Origin: Heterodontus francisci
Taxonomy: Eukaryota
Length of the DNA: 64,000 nucleotides
Reading direction: 5' to 3'
Assembly: GCF_036365525.1 (NCBI RefSeq)
Contig: NC_090404.1
Coordinates: 7,254,001-7,318,000, forward strand
This document shows, one piece after another, positions 13,135 through 25,505 of this stretch. The notes beneath the pieces were generated by a model, which was given only the letters and a program-made list of their open reading frames with translations, was not told the origin of the DNA and did not search any database. A program made the translations under genes and the position numbers. The number at the start of each line of letters is the position of its first letter. Within the stretch, counting starts at the first letter, position 1.

Positions 13135-16104
13135 AGAAAGTTTCCCTTAAAATGAGTACACCAAAACAATCCACATTCAGGAAACTTTGATGTCGGTGAC
13201 AGGAACTCAGTGACAGATAAAGAATTTAGCAAATCAGGAGACATTTAATTGCAAACAGATTACCCACTGGTTTGATACAATTTCAGAACTAAATGTTATC
13301 AAAAAATCATTGAAGCAATACACAAAGTTAATTAAAATCAGCGGTGAAACCTTATCGAGCTGAGAACAGCTGAGTAAGAAATGTGTTGTTCTCTAAATTA
13401 TTTTTGGACATCATTCAAAATTCTCTCCGGCCCTTGCTATTTTGCACTCATTGGACTCCTGGGAGGTCACTTATGTTTACTGAATTAGCGCTATTATATT
13501 CTAGGTTAATATTTAGGTTACCTGATTTTACACTGTAATTTTGAGCATTAGTTAATATTAATTCAAGACCAATTTCTGTGAAATTATCGGATTTTAATTA
13601 AATTAATATGACATTTAATCAATATTAAATAATAGACGTCATATTGATCGATGAAAACATTCAGACAAATATATTACTTAATCGAATCACAGTTCAATAA
13701 TTTAAAATGAACAATAATTTCTACTTCGGCCCTGCTTTCAATCTACAAACTTGGAAACTGCGCATGTATCTGAATGTGTTGATATATCATAAACTCTGTC
13801 TAATCTCAGCGAGTATTTCACACGATGGATTTAAGAGTGGAATATTTTAAATAGTTTCAAGCCAGGCCAGGGTCACATCTCACTAACTGTTCATGGGCTG
13901 TAACATCCCCTGTTTGTGAAAGCAGGACTCTGGTGTTTAAATATTGTCATAAATCTTAACCATCTAAGAAAAAAATCAAAAACATCCGGACAGTTTGCGA
14001 TCAGGAACTGTGCTGCCTCTATTTAATCAGACAATGTTTTTATACTTTATTCTCGTAATGCACACAATCCCCGTAAATTAATTGGTAAATATATTCTGTT
14101 TTTTTTTATTGAAAGAAGCTCCAAAATGATCACTGTAAAATTGGACGAGAATAATTCTTTCAGATCATCTGCGACATTTCAAACTTAATGAACAAATGTA
14201 ACCCAGATTTTGCTGATCAATTTAATATTTCATAAGAATTAAGCATAACTCTCAGGTATAATCTGTTCTTTGTCTATAATTCTATCCTGTGTGCAGCATA
14301 CCGATGGGAGACAGGATTTTGTTACTGAATTAAAAACTAACATTAACCTTTTGTAATTAATTGAATCTGCTTGAATTTCAAGGGGTTATTTGTTTGCCTC
14401 CAGCCTTACGCAGTTTGCAAGTTTCTTCAATTTAAACAAAATCATATCTGCAATACTTTGACTGCCAGCAACTTCCTGTCTCAGGAAAATTGTTAATATT
14501 AGATTAGTGATAATTATCTCACTATCCAACAACAAATGACATTTAAGGAAGAACATGGTTTGGGCTGCACGCAAAGAATGTAATAACCGGACAGATATAT
14601 TACACTGACAAACTGCAATTTACAACTCCTATTGAAGTTAGAAGTCAAGACAAGCTGTAATTCACTTGTTTTAATCAGAAATATAACAATTAATTCAAAA
14701 TCGTTCATCAAACTGAACACAGCACTAGAATAAGTACACTCTTATTGAAATAATTTCAAGCATAAATTAAAATTGTCTCCAGCCGATAACATTTCTGGTC
14801 ACGATAATTGTGCGCATGGCACCCCAGAACTGTGAAAGTCGATTAATGAATAATGAATCGATGTTAATATTAAAGCATATTTGGTTTATCTGATGAGATA
14901 TTGCCGCATTAAAACTGTTTGAATTACATTAACTTTACTCTCCAATCTGCAAACCTTCTAATTATGCAGTTTGTAATTGCAGTAACATTTAACGGACTTT
15001 CACGTCACAAACCATGGCTTAATAGTTTAACCTGTAATTATCAGTTACATTTTTAAAATGCCATGAAATATCTTAAAATATTATTTCTCATTTCTTTCAA
15101 ACAGTTTTAAACACGTAGAACGTTTCAATTCGATCAGAAAACCTGCAGCCGCTCGCTCGAGATTAAACAATGTAGAAACACCAAACTGTTTCACAAATTT
15201 TACTTATTCAAAGTAACACACTCTCTTCAACAGATGAACACCAAATCACATCACTGAGGAACTGAATCCCGCCACAGTACATTTCATGGAGAAGCAGCTT
15301 AATTCTACAAATAATACCAGCAGAATGAAATGCAATATTGCAAAAAAAAAAATCTCAATGCAGAATCCACCGAGCTCGCCTATACCTGAACTAACTAATT
15401 ATTAAAATGATCAGATATTTGAAACAATGGTCGCAGAATTGTTAGTAGACAGAACATGTTTAATAAATTATTATGAGCCAATGGCATAATCCATTGATAT
15501 TGGAAGATATCACTGCATTATAATAACGAAGATTATATTAATTTAAATCTGACCAAAGCTGCAAGTTTGTGATTTATGAAGCTTTTAATTACATCAACAT
15601 TTATTGTCCTACATGTGAGCATTCCTGAGCAGTAGATTGACAGATGGCAATTTAATTACCACAAATATGAATCAAAATATTGTAAGACTATTCTTAACCA
15701 TTGAAGCTTTCTGCCTATACTTTTATTTCAAACATATTTAAACACTTATTGTTTGCGCTAGACTAGAAAACCTGCAGCGACTAAATGTCAGCAAGATGAT
15801 CAGCAGAAATGTCGAACAGTTTAACAACAGTTCGGTATTTAAAGTAGCCCAGACACACCGTCTCATCAACAAATTAACACCAAATCACATCAAACAGTAA
15901 CTGAATCCTTCAACAGCACAGCCTGTGGAGAAGCCGTTAAATTCTCTCATCCCTTTGCAGCAAAATCACATGAAATATTGCACCAAATCTCAATACGGAA
16001 TCCACCGAGTCCACATTTCAGTGAACTAAGGTATCGTTAAAATAAATAGAAATAGAAATAAAAACACAAATAAAACAGTTACTGAATAAATGAATGTTTC
16101 TTAC

Positions 16105-16152
16105 CTGCAGTCACAGTCACCATGGTCCCTTGTCCCCAGTAGTCCATTGCGT
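16105..16152 (-). CDS. IGHJ: JH segment, cluster A (AMDYWGQGTMVTVTA)
   Basis: WGxG motif, donor G|GTAAG, preceded by a 23-RSS. Confidence 0.97.
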
Positions 16153-16191
16153 CACAGTGTTACATTCCCTGGGCTGGGTCACACAATAACT
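16153..16191 (-). promoter_or_regulatory. JH 23-RSS
   Basis: AGTTATTGT - 23 nt - CACTGTG. Confidence 0.95.
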
Positions 16192-16504
16192 GGCTCTGCA
16201 CAGAATAGAGAGAAATCCATCATTATTTTAAATATCCACAGCCCAGAGGCAAAATAAAATCTTGATGGTTCTTTGTAAAATTATAACTGCGTTAATGATT
16301 CTTTTCACTCTTTATAATTTTCCCTGATGTTTTATATTTCACACAGTAACATATCAGCAATTATTGAAATCACCAACTGATGAATGTTTATCCATAATAA
16401 ACCATGCTAGGAGGACAGTGCTGCACACAAATAGAACTTCACTGTATATATCGTTGGATTGTTAAAGCGAGCACTGACCCAGACTCATCAATTAGTGCTG
16501 AGGG

Positions 16505-16573
16505 AGTTTTTGTATTGACAGTAACTGCTGTGCCACCCAGTATATCACAGTGAACCACATTGTGTAAAATACT
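16505..16573 (-). other. D2 segment (coding 16533-16545, ATATACTGGGTGG) with 12/12 RSS
   Basis: 5' AGTATTTTA-12-CACTGTG; 3' CACAGCA-12-ACAAAAACT. Confidence 0.93.
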
Positions 16574-16886
16574 GCGGTGGACTGTTAACTGCAAAATACA
16601 GAGATTAAATTCCACAGCGTCCTCAAAAACCTGATTCCGACTCCCCTCCGAGTATATCAGTAAGATAATTCAGTTTATACCCGTCATTATATTTATAAAG
16701 GGGATTTGAATACTTTTGAAGCTTCTGTACTGATTTAGCGTGACAGTCAGCACTAATTACGCAGGAGACTTTTATACATTTTTACAAATCTATATTATAT
16801 TTCCCCAGTATTTTTATTTAACCCTCATTCTTTACGGACCATCTACCGTGTTAAGTGATCACTGGTTTGTGCAAACTCCCTTATGG

Positions 16887-16967
16887 GGTTTTTGTATGAG
16901 GAATTCGCTCTGTACAGCACCGTGACCCAGTGCTGTACCCACAGTGACACGAACCTGCACAAATACT
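16887..16967 (-). other. D1 segment (coding 16925-16939, GGTACAGCACTGGGT) with 12/22 RSS
   Basis: 5' AGTATTTGT-12-CACTGTG; 3' CACGGTG-22-ACAAAAACC. Confidence 0.94.
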
Positions 16968-17351
16968 GCACTCACTCTCTGTTCAGTACTGCCTCTCACC
17001 ATTCACTTCATATAGAAATCCACTTCTGACCTAGTTCGGAATATATCCAAAAGTTTACACCACGCAGTAGGAAGTGACTCCAAGTAACTCGCTCCAGGTC
17101 TCAGTCACCTTAAAACTAGCATCTTATCCAGATCTGCAATTGCCGATACTGTTAACATTAAAAATCAGCACAGCCAAAATTACTCATCAGTACTTCGATC
17201 AGTGTCTTAGATTTGAACCATTGAATTTTCACTGTGCTAGTTGTGTAAGAGACGGTCTCTGGTCTGTTTCTGAACACTGCCGTTAATATTGTATTTCATA
17301 CAATTACTGACCGTTAGATTATGATGGAAGTGGTTGAATTCCCTCTCCATG

Positions 17352-17390
17352 TGTTATTGTACGGGTCCAGCCCTGGTTCTTCTCATTGTG
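17352..17390 (-). promoter_or_regulatory. VH 23-RSS
   Basis: CACAATG - 23 nt - ACAATAACA directly after YYCARD. Confidence 0.93.
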
Positions 17391-17695
17391 ATCTCTGGCA
17401 CAGTAATAAATGGCGGTGTCTTCGGTCTTCAGTTTCTTCATGTCCAAAGCGAAGATGTTTTTTGAAGTGTCTTTGGACGCAGTAAATCGATCTTTAATCT
17501 CTGGGGCGTAAGCATTGTTAGATGAACTATAGTAGCTAACCAGCAACTCCAGCCCCTGTCCGGGAACCTGTCGGATCCAGTACATCCTGTAGCTGCTAAG
17601 AGTGAACCCGCTGGTTTTACAGGTCAGTCTCAGGGAGCCTCCTGGTTTCCCGGTCTCTGCCTCTGACTGAGTCAACACGACATCCGAATGGACAC
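17391..17695 (-). CDS. IGHV: VH exon, cluster A (open frame)
   Basis: (R)[62 protein letters not shown]; both Cys and the core Trp present; acceptor tttacag. Confidence 0.97.
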
Positions 17696-17801
17696 CTGTA
17701 AAAAATATTTAAAAACCCGAGGATTAATCCTGGTGAAATTATTCCTGACTCTGTAACATTCCAGAGAGAGACTAACACTGAGACGGTAACAGTCTACTCA
17801 C

Positions 17802-17847
17802 GGGATAAGAAAACCAGCAACAGACTGAGAGAAATCGCCGACCTCAT
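17802..17847 (-). CDS. IGHV: VH leader exon, cluster A (MRSAISLSLLLVFLS)
   Basis: ATG at 17847, 46 nt, hydrophobic signal peptide, donor C|GTGAGT. Confidence 0.95.
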
Positions 17848-17937
17848 CCTTCTGGCAATTCAGGGAAAATGGTTCTGGTAAGAACTCACTGAACAAATCC
17901 ACTCCCGGACTGTTGTATTGTGGTCCCAGTGACCGGC

Positions 17938-18036
17938 ATTTAAATACCCGGCAGAAGGGGGCGAGGTTATAGGCGCCGCCTATTGATTCCCTGAGAGAGG
18001 CGGTTACTGGATCCACGTCCCACCTTCCACATCACT
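17938..18036 (-). promoter_or_regulatory. VH promoter A: TATA-like TATTTAAAT and decamer-like AGTGATGTGG; no octamer
   Basis: TATTTAAAT at 17938-17946, AGTGATGTGG at 18027-18036; both positionally conserved in cluster B. Confidence 0.65.
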
Positions 18037-19644
18037 AACAGAATGGACTCATATCATGACACTGGGATATTATTAAATGTGAACTTTTTATCTGCATCCA
18101 GGGATAGCGATTTGACTTTATGGTTTTAATGCTGTATTACGTGGTAGTAAATGGAGATATTGCAGTTGAGTATGTGTTCAGTAATAAATAATTGCATTGT
18201 GGACTGTAAATTAGATCTCTTTATTTCCTCAACTCTTCACAGGGGATGTGAATCTCTCAGGTTAAATTACATTACCAGGGTCTAAAGTGACTGTTAATGT
18301 GTGTCAATCCATCTCTCTATATCTATCCCTTCAGTCTATACCAATAATTTGTTAGCAATTTATGCAACTGAATGCGGGATATTAGTAAAGTGATTCTATT
18401 TGCAATGTGAATAACTGTAGTTACACGATTTAAGACCAGAGTGATTAGAAACGCCTAACATTATAAAAGTATCTCTCTCTCTCTGTATTTCTCGAATTGC
18501 TCCTGACTCTGTGACTCTCAGACAGCCCTTTGAAAATTGGCTGGAAAGGAAGTCCGCTTGCTTGATAATTAAGGAGTCAGAAGTAAAATTCAGATTATTT
18601 TTCGAAAAAGGGAATCCAGTGAATGAGAACCGAAACGGCGATCAACAAATCTACTCTCCGGCACCCAAATCATTGCAGCTAACTTTAATAGCAACAGTGC
18701 AATATACACTGGTTTCAGGAGCACAGTGAATCAGGACTTCACGCCATACTACAGAATATCACAAGAATAAATGTTTTATCAACTGTGGAAACGAATCGCA
18801 AACTGAGCATTTCTCTCCCCATTGTCTGTCTCATGTCTGGCTATGAGAGGGCTTGTTAAACAATCCAAATCATCATAAATTAAACTGTACATTACGCAAC
18901 TGTTATCAGTAATGGAGGAGTCTTTATTTGTTTGTGATTGACAGCTCTGTGAGAAAATTCAAGGAAATGCAGCGGACTCAAGGCAATTCCACCTATTTAT
19001 TTATTTACTTTGCGGTTCCCAATCTCTCAATACGGAATGTCGGGTGATTGAAATCTCTCTCTAGAACTTCATGCAATACGGAATAAATGGTCTTAATTAT
19101 CTAGAATTATATTTAATTGTCGCGTGGGTCAATTTATTATTTTGAACTCCCATTTTATCATGATCTGAGCACTAAATTTACAGAAAATCATTCTTTTGAT
19201 GTGATGCCACGTAAAATGCTTTCTTTTTTTGCAAGGGCCCCGCTGTATAAGTTAATGTTTAAATGGTTAAATCACATATTTTCCCATTCATATTCACGCT
19301 AATCTGCCCTCACAGTATTTGGCAGCAATCCAGTCAGGGAGGCTCGAACACCCAATGTTATTTACAGGAAGCATCTGTGGGTTCTGTGCAGTAAATCAAA
19401 GAACTGTTTCCTCATTACTAACGGCTTGGCTGCAAGCCAACTTCAAATCCTTAACATCGTCAATGAAGCCTATTCATAAACAAATCTACCCAGCAACAAC
19501 ACTGGAGTCAATTATATTTTTTCAGTTGTGGAACTATGTGAACTGTTCCCATCTCAGAAAAGGAAATGAATCCAGTGTCACAGCCACCCTGTTAGTAAAA
19601 ACAGTCCACTGGGGAACCTGTCCAGTACATCAACACATTGTAAT

Positions 19645-19651
19645 AGATAGA

Positions 19652-19695
<44 letters not shown>

Positions 19696-19700
19696 GATAG
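19645..19700 (+). repeat. (AGAT)n(AGAC)n microsatellite
   Basis: Directly visible. Confidence 0.95.
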
Positions 19701-21884
19701 TCTCAGAGAGAAAGAGAGGATGCATTCTGAAATAGATAAATATGCTTGTTTATGTGGATGGAGGGACAGCTGCAGTGATGTAGGAATGGATGGATAGTTG
19801 GATGTCTGATTGTTATGTTTAAAGGGCCGATGAACAGATTGGACATATGGATAGATGGGCAGGAAATATACTGTTCTACATTCACATCTTTGTGATCGAC
19901 TGCTCCTAACATGAAGCAGCCCGTTTCCTACATTTGCGTCAGTCTGAAGCCTCAGTCCTTCCCGATTTTCTGGTTTATTTCTACCTCGAGGGTACCCAGA
20001 ACTAATAAGATCAATTCACCAAGAGAATTCTAGAGATGTCACTGCGGGACTGATGATCCTTCTCTGCTGCTGGTAAATTTTCGTCTCAAACATATAAAGG
20101 GAGAATATGGCTGTGTTCAGAGGAGACGATTGTAATATTTCTGAACATGTGGTCCTTTCATGTACAACTAAGCTCTCAATATATCCTCACCCGAATTACT
20201 TCAGTCAAAGCAGAAATATAGCAAACCATTGGACACAATGTTTTCCACTTCCCAACGTAAACACTTATTTCTCTGAGACTGTTCCAGTCATACCATTCTA
20301 AACAGCACGGATCCAAAGGTATATGAATTGTAACGTTCTTTACCGCCATATATTCATTGTAAGTCATTGCCACAGTAAAATATATCCTGTGGGTATTACA
20401 CACTGTGGTCACAATTTCAAATGTCCTTAAATCCTTTAACAACACTCCCCAGAGCCTCTCTATTCAGTCTATGAATACACTAAATGAACTGTTCACGAGT
20501 TCAGTATTTCAGTGTGATTTACTCAGGTTGATGATAGAGGGTCACTGTGATAAGAAACTAAGAAATAGGAACAGGAGTCGGCCATTCAGCCCTTCGAGCC
20601 TGGTCCGCCATTCAACAAGATCATAAGATCATATGGTTGTGGCCTTAACTCCACTTTCCTGCCTGTCCCCCATAACTCTTGTCTCCCTCCAACACTATGA
20701 GAACAGAAGAATTAGGCGCAGGATGGAGACATGTGGTTGGAATGGACATGATATATCAACCAGACAGAGCTGAGTCGGTGATGTTGGTGATTTCAATCAC
20801 AGTTTTGAGGATGATTCTCAGGCCAGTGCTCGACAGCATGAGGTTAATGCAGAATCCTGCTTCTCAACCGGTTGCACATCTGTTTTAGGCTTGTTTAGTG
20901 TCAGGAGAACTGCAGTATGGATATAAAGCGTCCAATAAGATACCAGTGTGGAAATATTCAGTAATTAGCTTTCCCCACAAATTTCTGCTCCGAATTTATA
21001 CCTTGACACCCTTTCCGAATGCTCTAACTCCCTGCAAAATGTATTGTTCATGATGAGGTATAATTGGTGATATGTATTTAGGGGAATGGCGCCGACTTTA
21101 TCATTCTTGATTGACTCCTCCCCCTTGTGGAAGAGGCTGTCTCCCACAATATAAAATTATTAATCTGGTTTGAGAACAGTTCCCATTCCCGCTACCAGGA
21201 GTAACAAACTGTCTCTGCGCCAACTGACAGAAACAGATCGACGGAGAGACATTTCTAGATCAATCGATATTTCCCTCTTGTACAAGGAGGAGGGGTCAAT
21301 CGGGTTTAAGATTCAAAACAAATGATATTTCTCAATATTTCTGTTCTTCATCGAGTTTCCCAAACATGAGATGTTTCTCAATCCATTGATGGTTCCAATC
21401 TATTGATAGATCCACAACCATGAATTTTCTCAAACAATTGATAGTTTGCAACCAACTGATGTCTCTCCATCAATGAATCCCAATTCTTTCACCACTCTCA
21501 ATCGATTGATGTATCTCAATCTATTAATGATCACCAAATATTTAACGATTCTCAGTCCACTGAAGTTTCCTTTGTAGAAAATGGCCGACTTTGTCCACAT
21601 AGCCTTTGAATTATTGTGAAGTTCTGGATTACCTACTAAATGATTGATTGATACAGTACAATTCCAGAATGGCAGAGCTTTTCTGGTGTTGGATTCAAGG
21701 TCACACCCACAGTCAGTGTCTGTACTACCGGTCATACAGTACATAACGGGGGGATACCTGAGAGGTCTGGACTCAGTCTGATTTAACACTGTATCGAGAT
21801 CAAAAGTTCAACTGTTGAATGCCTGGAGTTCTATTTCCCTATTCCACCCTGATCTATATTTTAATTAGCATTGACACTTGATCA

Positions 21885-22362
21885 TCAGCCACAGATCAGT
21901 TGGTAGCACCTTGCCCTCTCAGGTTTCAGTTTCAAGCCCTACTCCAGGACGTGAACACAAAAATGACACTGACTCTCCAGTCGAGTGCTGCACTGTCAGA
22001 GATACCATTTTAAGGATGGGACATGAAACCGAGGCGCTGTCTGCCCTCTCAGGTGTAAAAGATCCCATGGCACTATTTCGAACTAGTGCAATGGAGTTAT
22101 CCCCGGTGTCCTGATCAATATTTATCCCACAACCAACATCACAAAAACAGATTATCTGGTCATTATCGCATTGCTATTTGTGGAGGGGCCGAATGGCCTA
22201 CTCCTGCTCCTAATTCGTGTGCTCGTATGTTTGTTGTGTGAAATTGGCCACTGTACTTCCTACATTACAGAAGTGACGACACTTCACAAGTAGTTCATTG
22301 ACTGTAAAGCTTTTGAGACGTCCTGTGGTCGTGAAAGGCGCTATATAAATGCAACGTCTTTC
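21885..22362 (+). mobile_element. DeuSINE (SacSINE1-like)
   Basis: gtaaaagatcccatggcactatttcg..tccccggtgtcctg..aatatttatccc core; tail gtgaaaggcgctatataaatgcaa. Confidence 0.75.
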
Positions 22363-22689
22363 TTTTGTTCTTTTTATTAACAATAGATGTTAAAAAAGGA
22401 GTGTTGGAATGAGCCAGGAACTCATACACTCCTAGAATGATAAAGCTAAGAAGGAGGCCATTCAGCCTTTTAGGCCTGTGCCAACTCTTTGATAAATCGA
22501 TCCAATTATTCCAATACCCACTGCTACTTCCACAGAGTGGTGCAACTCTTTTTCAATTTGAAATATTTATTAAATTTCCTTTTAAAAGTTATTATTCAAT
22601 CTGCTTCCACCATGCTTTCAGGCAGTGCATTCCAAATCATAACAATTCCCTCTTTCATTTATATTCCCCCTCATATCGCCTACAGTCAG

Positions 22690-23880
22690 AGAGTTACTTA
22701 CGGCACAGAACGAGGCCATCGGCCCATTGAGTCCACAGAGCTATTCAATTAGCCCCATTCCCCCACGCACCCTCATAGCCCTGCAAGTCTATTTACTTCA
22801 AGTGGTCATCCAATTCCATTTTGAAGTCATTTCTAGTCTTCGCTTCCACTCCCCATGTGGGCAGCGAGATCCAGATCATTCCCACCCACCGCACAAAAAG
22901 TGCTTCCTCATATTCCCCCTGCATCACTTACCCAAACCTTCAATCTGTGTCCCCTAGTCCTTGTACCATTAGTTAATGTGAACGGTTTTTCCTTCTCTAA
23001 TTTACCTAAGTCTTTCATAATCTAGTACATTTCTGTCAAATTTCCCCCCAATCTCCTTTCTTCTAAGGAGAATAACCCCAGTTTCTCCAACCGAACGTTG
23101 TAACTAAAATCCTCCATCCCTGGAACCATTCTGATAAATTTCTCTCAAGGACCTTCACATCCTTCCAAAGGTGTGGTGATCAGAACTGGATGCAATACCC
23201 CAGTTGTGGCCTAACCAGAGCTTTATGGAAGTTTAGCATAACTTCCCTGCTTATGTTCTCAATGCCTCTGCTTATGAAGCCCAAGATCAAATATGCTTTA
23301 CTAAGAACACACTCAATATGTCCTGCCACCTTCAAAGATCGATGCACATGCACTCCAAAGTCCCTCTGTTCCTGCACAATCTTTAGAATTGTGCCATTAA
23401 GTACATATTGCCTCTCCCTATTCCTTCTGCCAAAATACATCACCACGCGCTTGTATTAAATTCCATCTGCCACTTATCTGCTCTCTCTGCTCGCCTATCT
23501 AAGTCCTGTTTATATCATCCTCACTGTTTTCCAGGCCTTAAGATTTGGTGTCATCAGCAAGTTTTGAGATTCTACTCCATTTCCACTTGAATCTGTGTCC
23601 TCTGGTTATCAACCCTTCTACCACTGGATATATTTTCAGTTTATTTATTCTATCCAGCCTCTTCATGATTTTGAATGTCTCTATGACATCCCCTTTTAAC
23701 ATTCTCTGCTTTCAGCAGAACAATCTCAGCTTCTCCAGCCTCTTCATGTAACTGAAATCTTTCACCCAAAGTATCATTTTCGAAAATCTTTCTGGACCCT
23801 CTTCAATGCCTCGATGTCCTTCTGAAAATTTGACGCCCCGAAATGGGCACAATACTCCAGCTGGGGCCGACTGGTGTTTT
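22690..23880 (-). mobile_element. CR1 LINE fragments, shared with 55420-56700
   Basis: ORF 23180-23446 QRDFGVHVHRSLK..ALVRPQLGYCIQF. Confidence 0.85.
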
Positions 23881-24759
23881 GTAAAAGTTTATCCTAATCC
23901 TTATTTTTCTATTGGAGTAGTCTATGGTCTAGTGCAATGAGAACTGAGACAAAAGCTAAGTTAATATCAACAGATACATGGCACGGTGTACTAATAGCTG
24001 AGACAGGATCTAGTGTAATATAAATTGACACAATGAAATACTAAAAGATACATTATCTAGGGTAATGTAGACGGAGATGTGACGTCGTATCCTATAAACA
24101 GCGAAATCATCTTGTGCAATAAATTTAGAGCCTTGGTCAAATTTATTAAATGATCTGAAATTACGTTTTGAATAGAAGGAAATAAAATGCTAAAACATAA
24201 TTTGTGAAGATAATCATCTATCTTTGTCGAATCCACACACACGCACATACACGCATGTGCAGTTATATGTGTGTTTGTGTGTGCTCGATTCGGTTTAGGT
24301 TATTCCGATGTCGCGGCTGAGAGCTATAGAATTCAGTGGATTTTAGGACCCTGCGGCAGTCCAAACGGCTGTGCGGTGTCACAGTTCCAGACTCTGTCTG
24401 ATGCAGTCAGTTAGTTCGAGGAAGGCTAAATAGAAAAGCCTACAGGAAAAACATCCTTGAACAAGAAAAAGAAACCATGAGCAATTATCACAGTACAACA
24501 CGAATACGAATTAGTAAAATTTATCACAACAGTTTGTCACTGCGTAGTAAAAAAAAAGACATGCTCTGTTGCTCACTGTTAGTTCTGTCCTTCAATTCCA
24601 GTTTATCTCTGAAAGATTGTTACATTACTCCAGCTGAGGCTTACCAGTGTTTTGCAAAAGGTTAGCATAATGATTATTTTTCTACTGGAATGGACTATGG
24701 CCGAGTGCAATGAGAACTGAGGCGCAGATTACTGCAATATAGACAGATACATGGTCCTG

Positions 24760-25505
24760 TCGAGCACATTACATTGCACTAAACCCTGTTTACATTACAT
24801 CACACTCGGCCCTATTTCTTGTCTCCGTTTTCAATGCAGAAAAGTGTGCCTCATAGTATAATATACAAGATTCTGCCTCAGTTATTACTGTACTAGACCA
24901 TCTCTCTCTCTTATATTTCCCTACCTCCTCCCTCAGTTATTAACCATGTTTCTATTTCCATTGCACTGGACCCTAACTCAGTTATCATTTGACTAAATAA
25001 ATTCTCTGCTGGTATTTCACTAGACCCTTCCTCTGTTTGTGTTGCACTAGACCCTGTGTCATTTATTACTCCATTGGACCATGTCCCTGTTTACATTACA
25101 CTAGAAATTATCTCAGTTGGCACTGCTTTAGAAATCTCTTTGTTTATATTGCACATGACTCATTCTAGATTATTACGACACGAGACCATGCATCTGCTCA
25201 GATTACGCTAAACTGTGTCTCAGTTATTTCTGCTCTGGACCATATCTCTGTTTAGATTATACTAGGCCTGCTCCATCTTACTACATTAGACCATGTGCAA
25301 TTATTAGTGCAGGAGACTATTTATCTGTTTATAATACATTATGCTATTCTCAGTTATTATAGCACTAACTCATGTCCCACCTATATTGCACTAGATCATG
25401 TTGTATTTTTATATTATGCTAGGCCATGCGTTAGTTACTACTGCACGATTATACCACACTAAACCATGTCACTTCGTCTCGTAGGTTAGCTTGCGTCTCA
25501 GTTAT
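24760..25505 (+). repeat. 27-bp satellite array (degenerate)
   Basis: Consensus CTGTCTCTGTTTATATTACACTAGACC. Confidence 0.8.

Larger units (their letters stand above)
1586..17847 (-). other. IGHM: IgM heavy-chain cluster A (L-V-D1-D2-J-CH1-CH2-CH3-CH4/secretory), germline unrearranged
   Basis: All segments in order on the minus strand with GT/AG splice sites, open frames and 23, 12/22, 12/12, 23 RSS; this is the cluster organisation known from cartilaginous fish. Confidence 0.96.
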
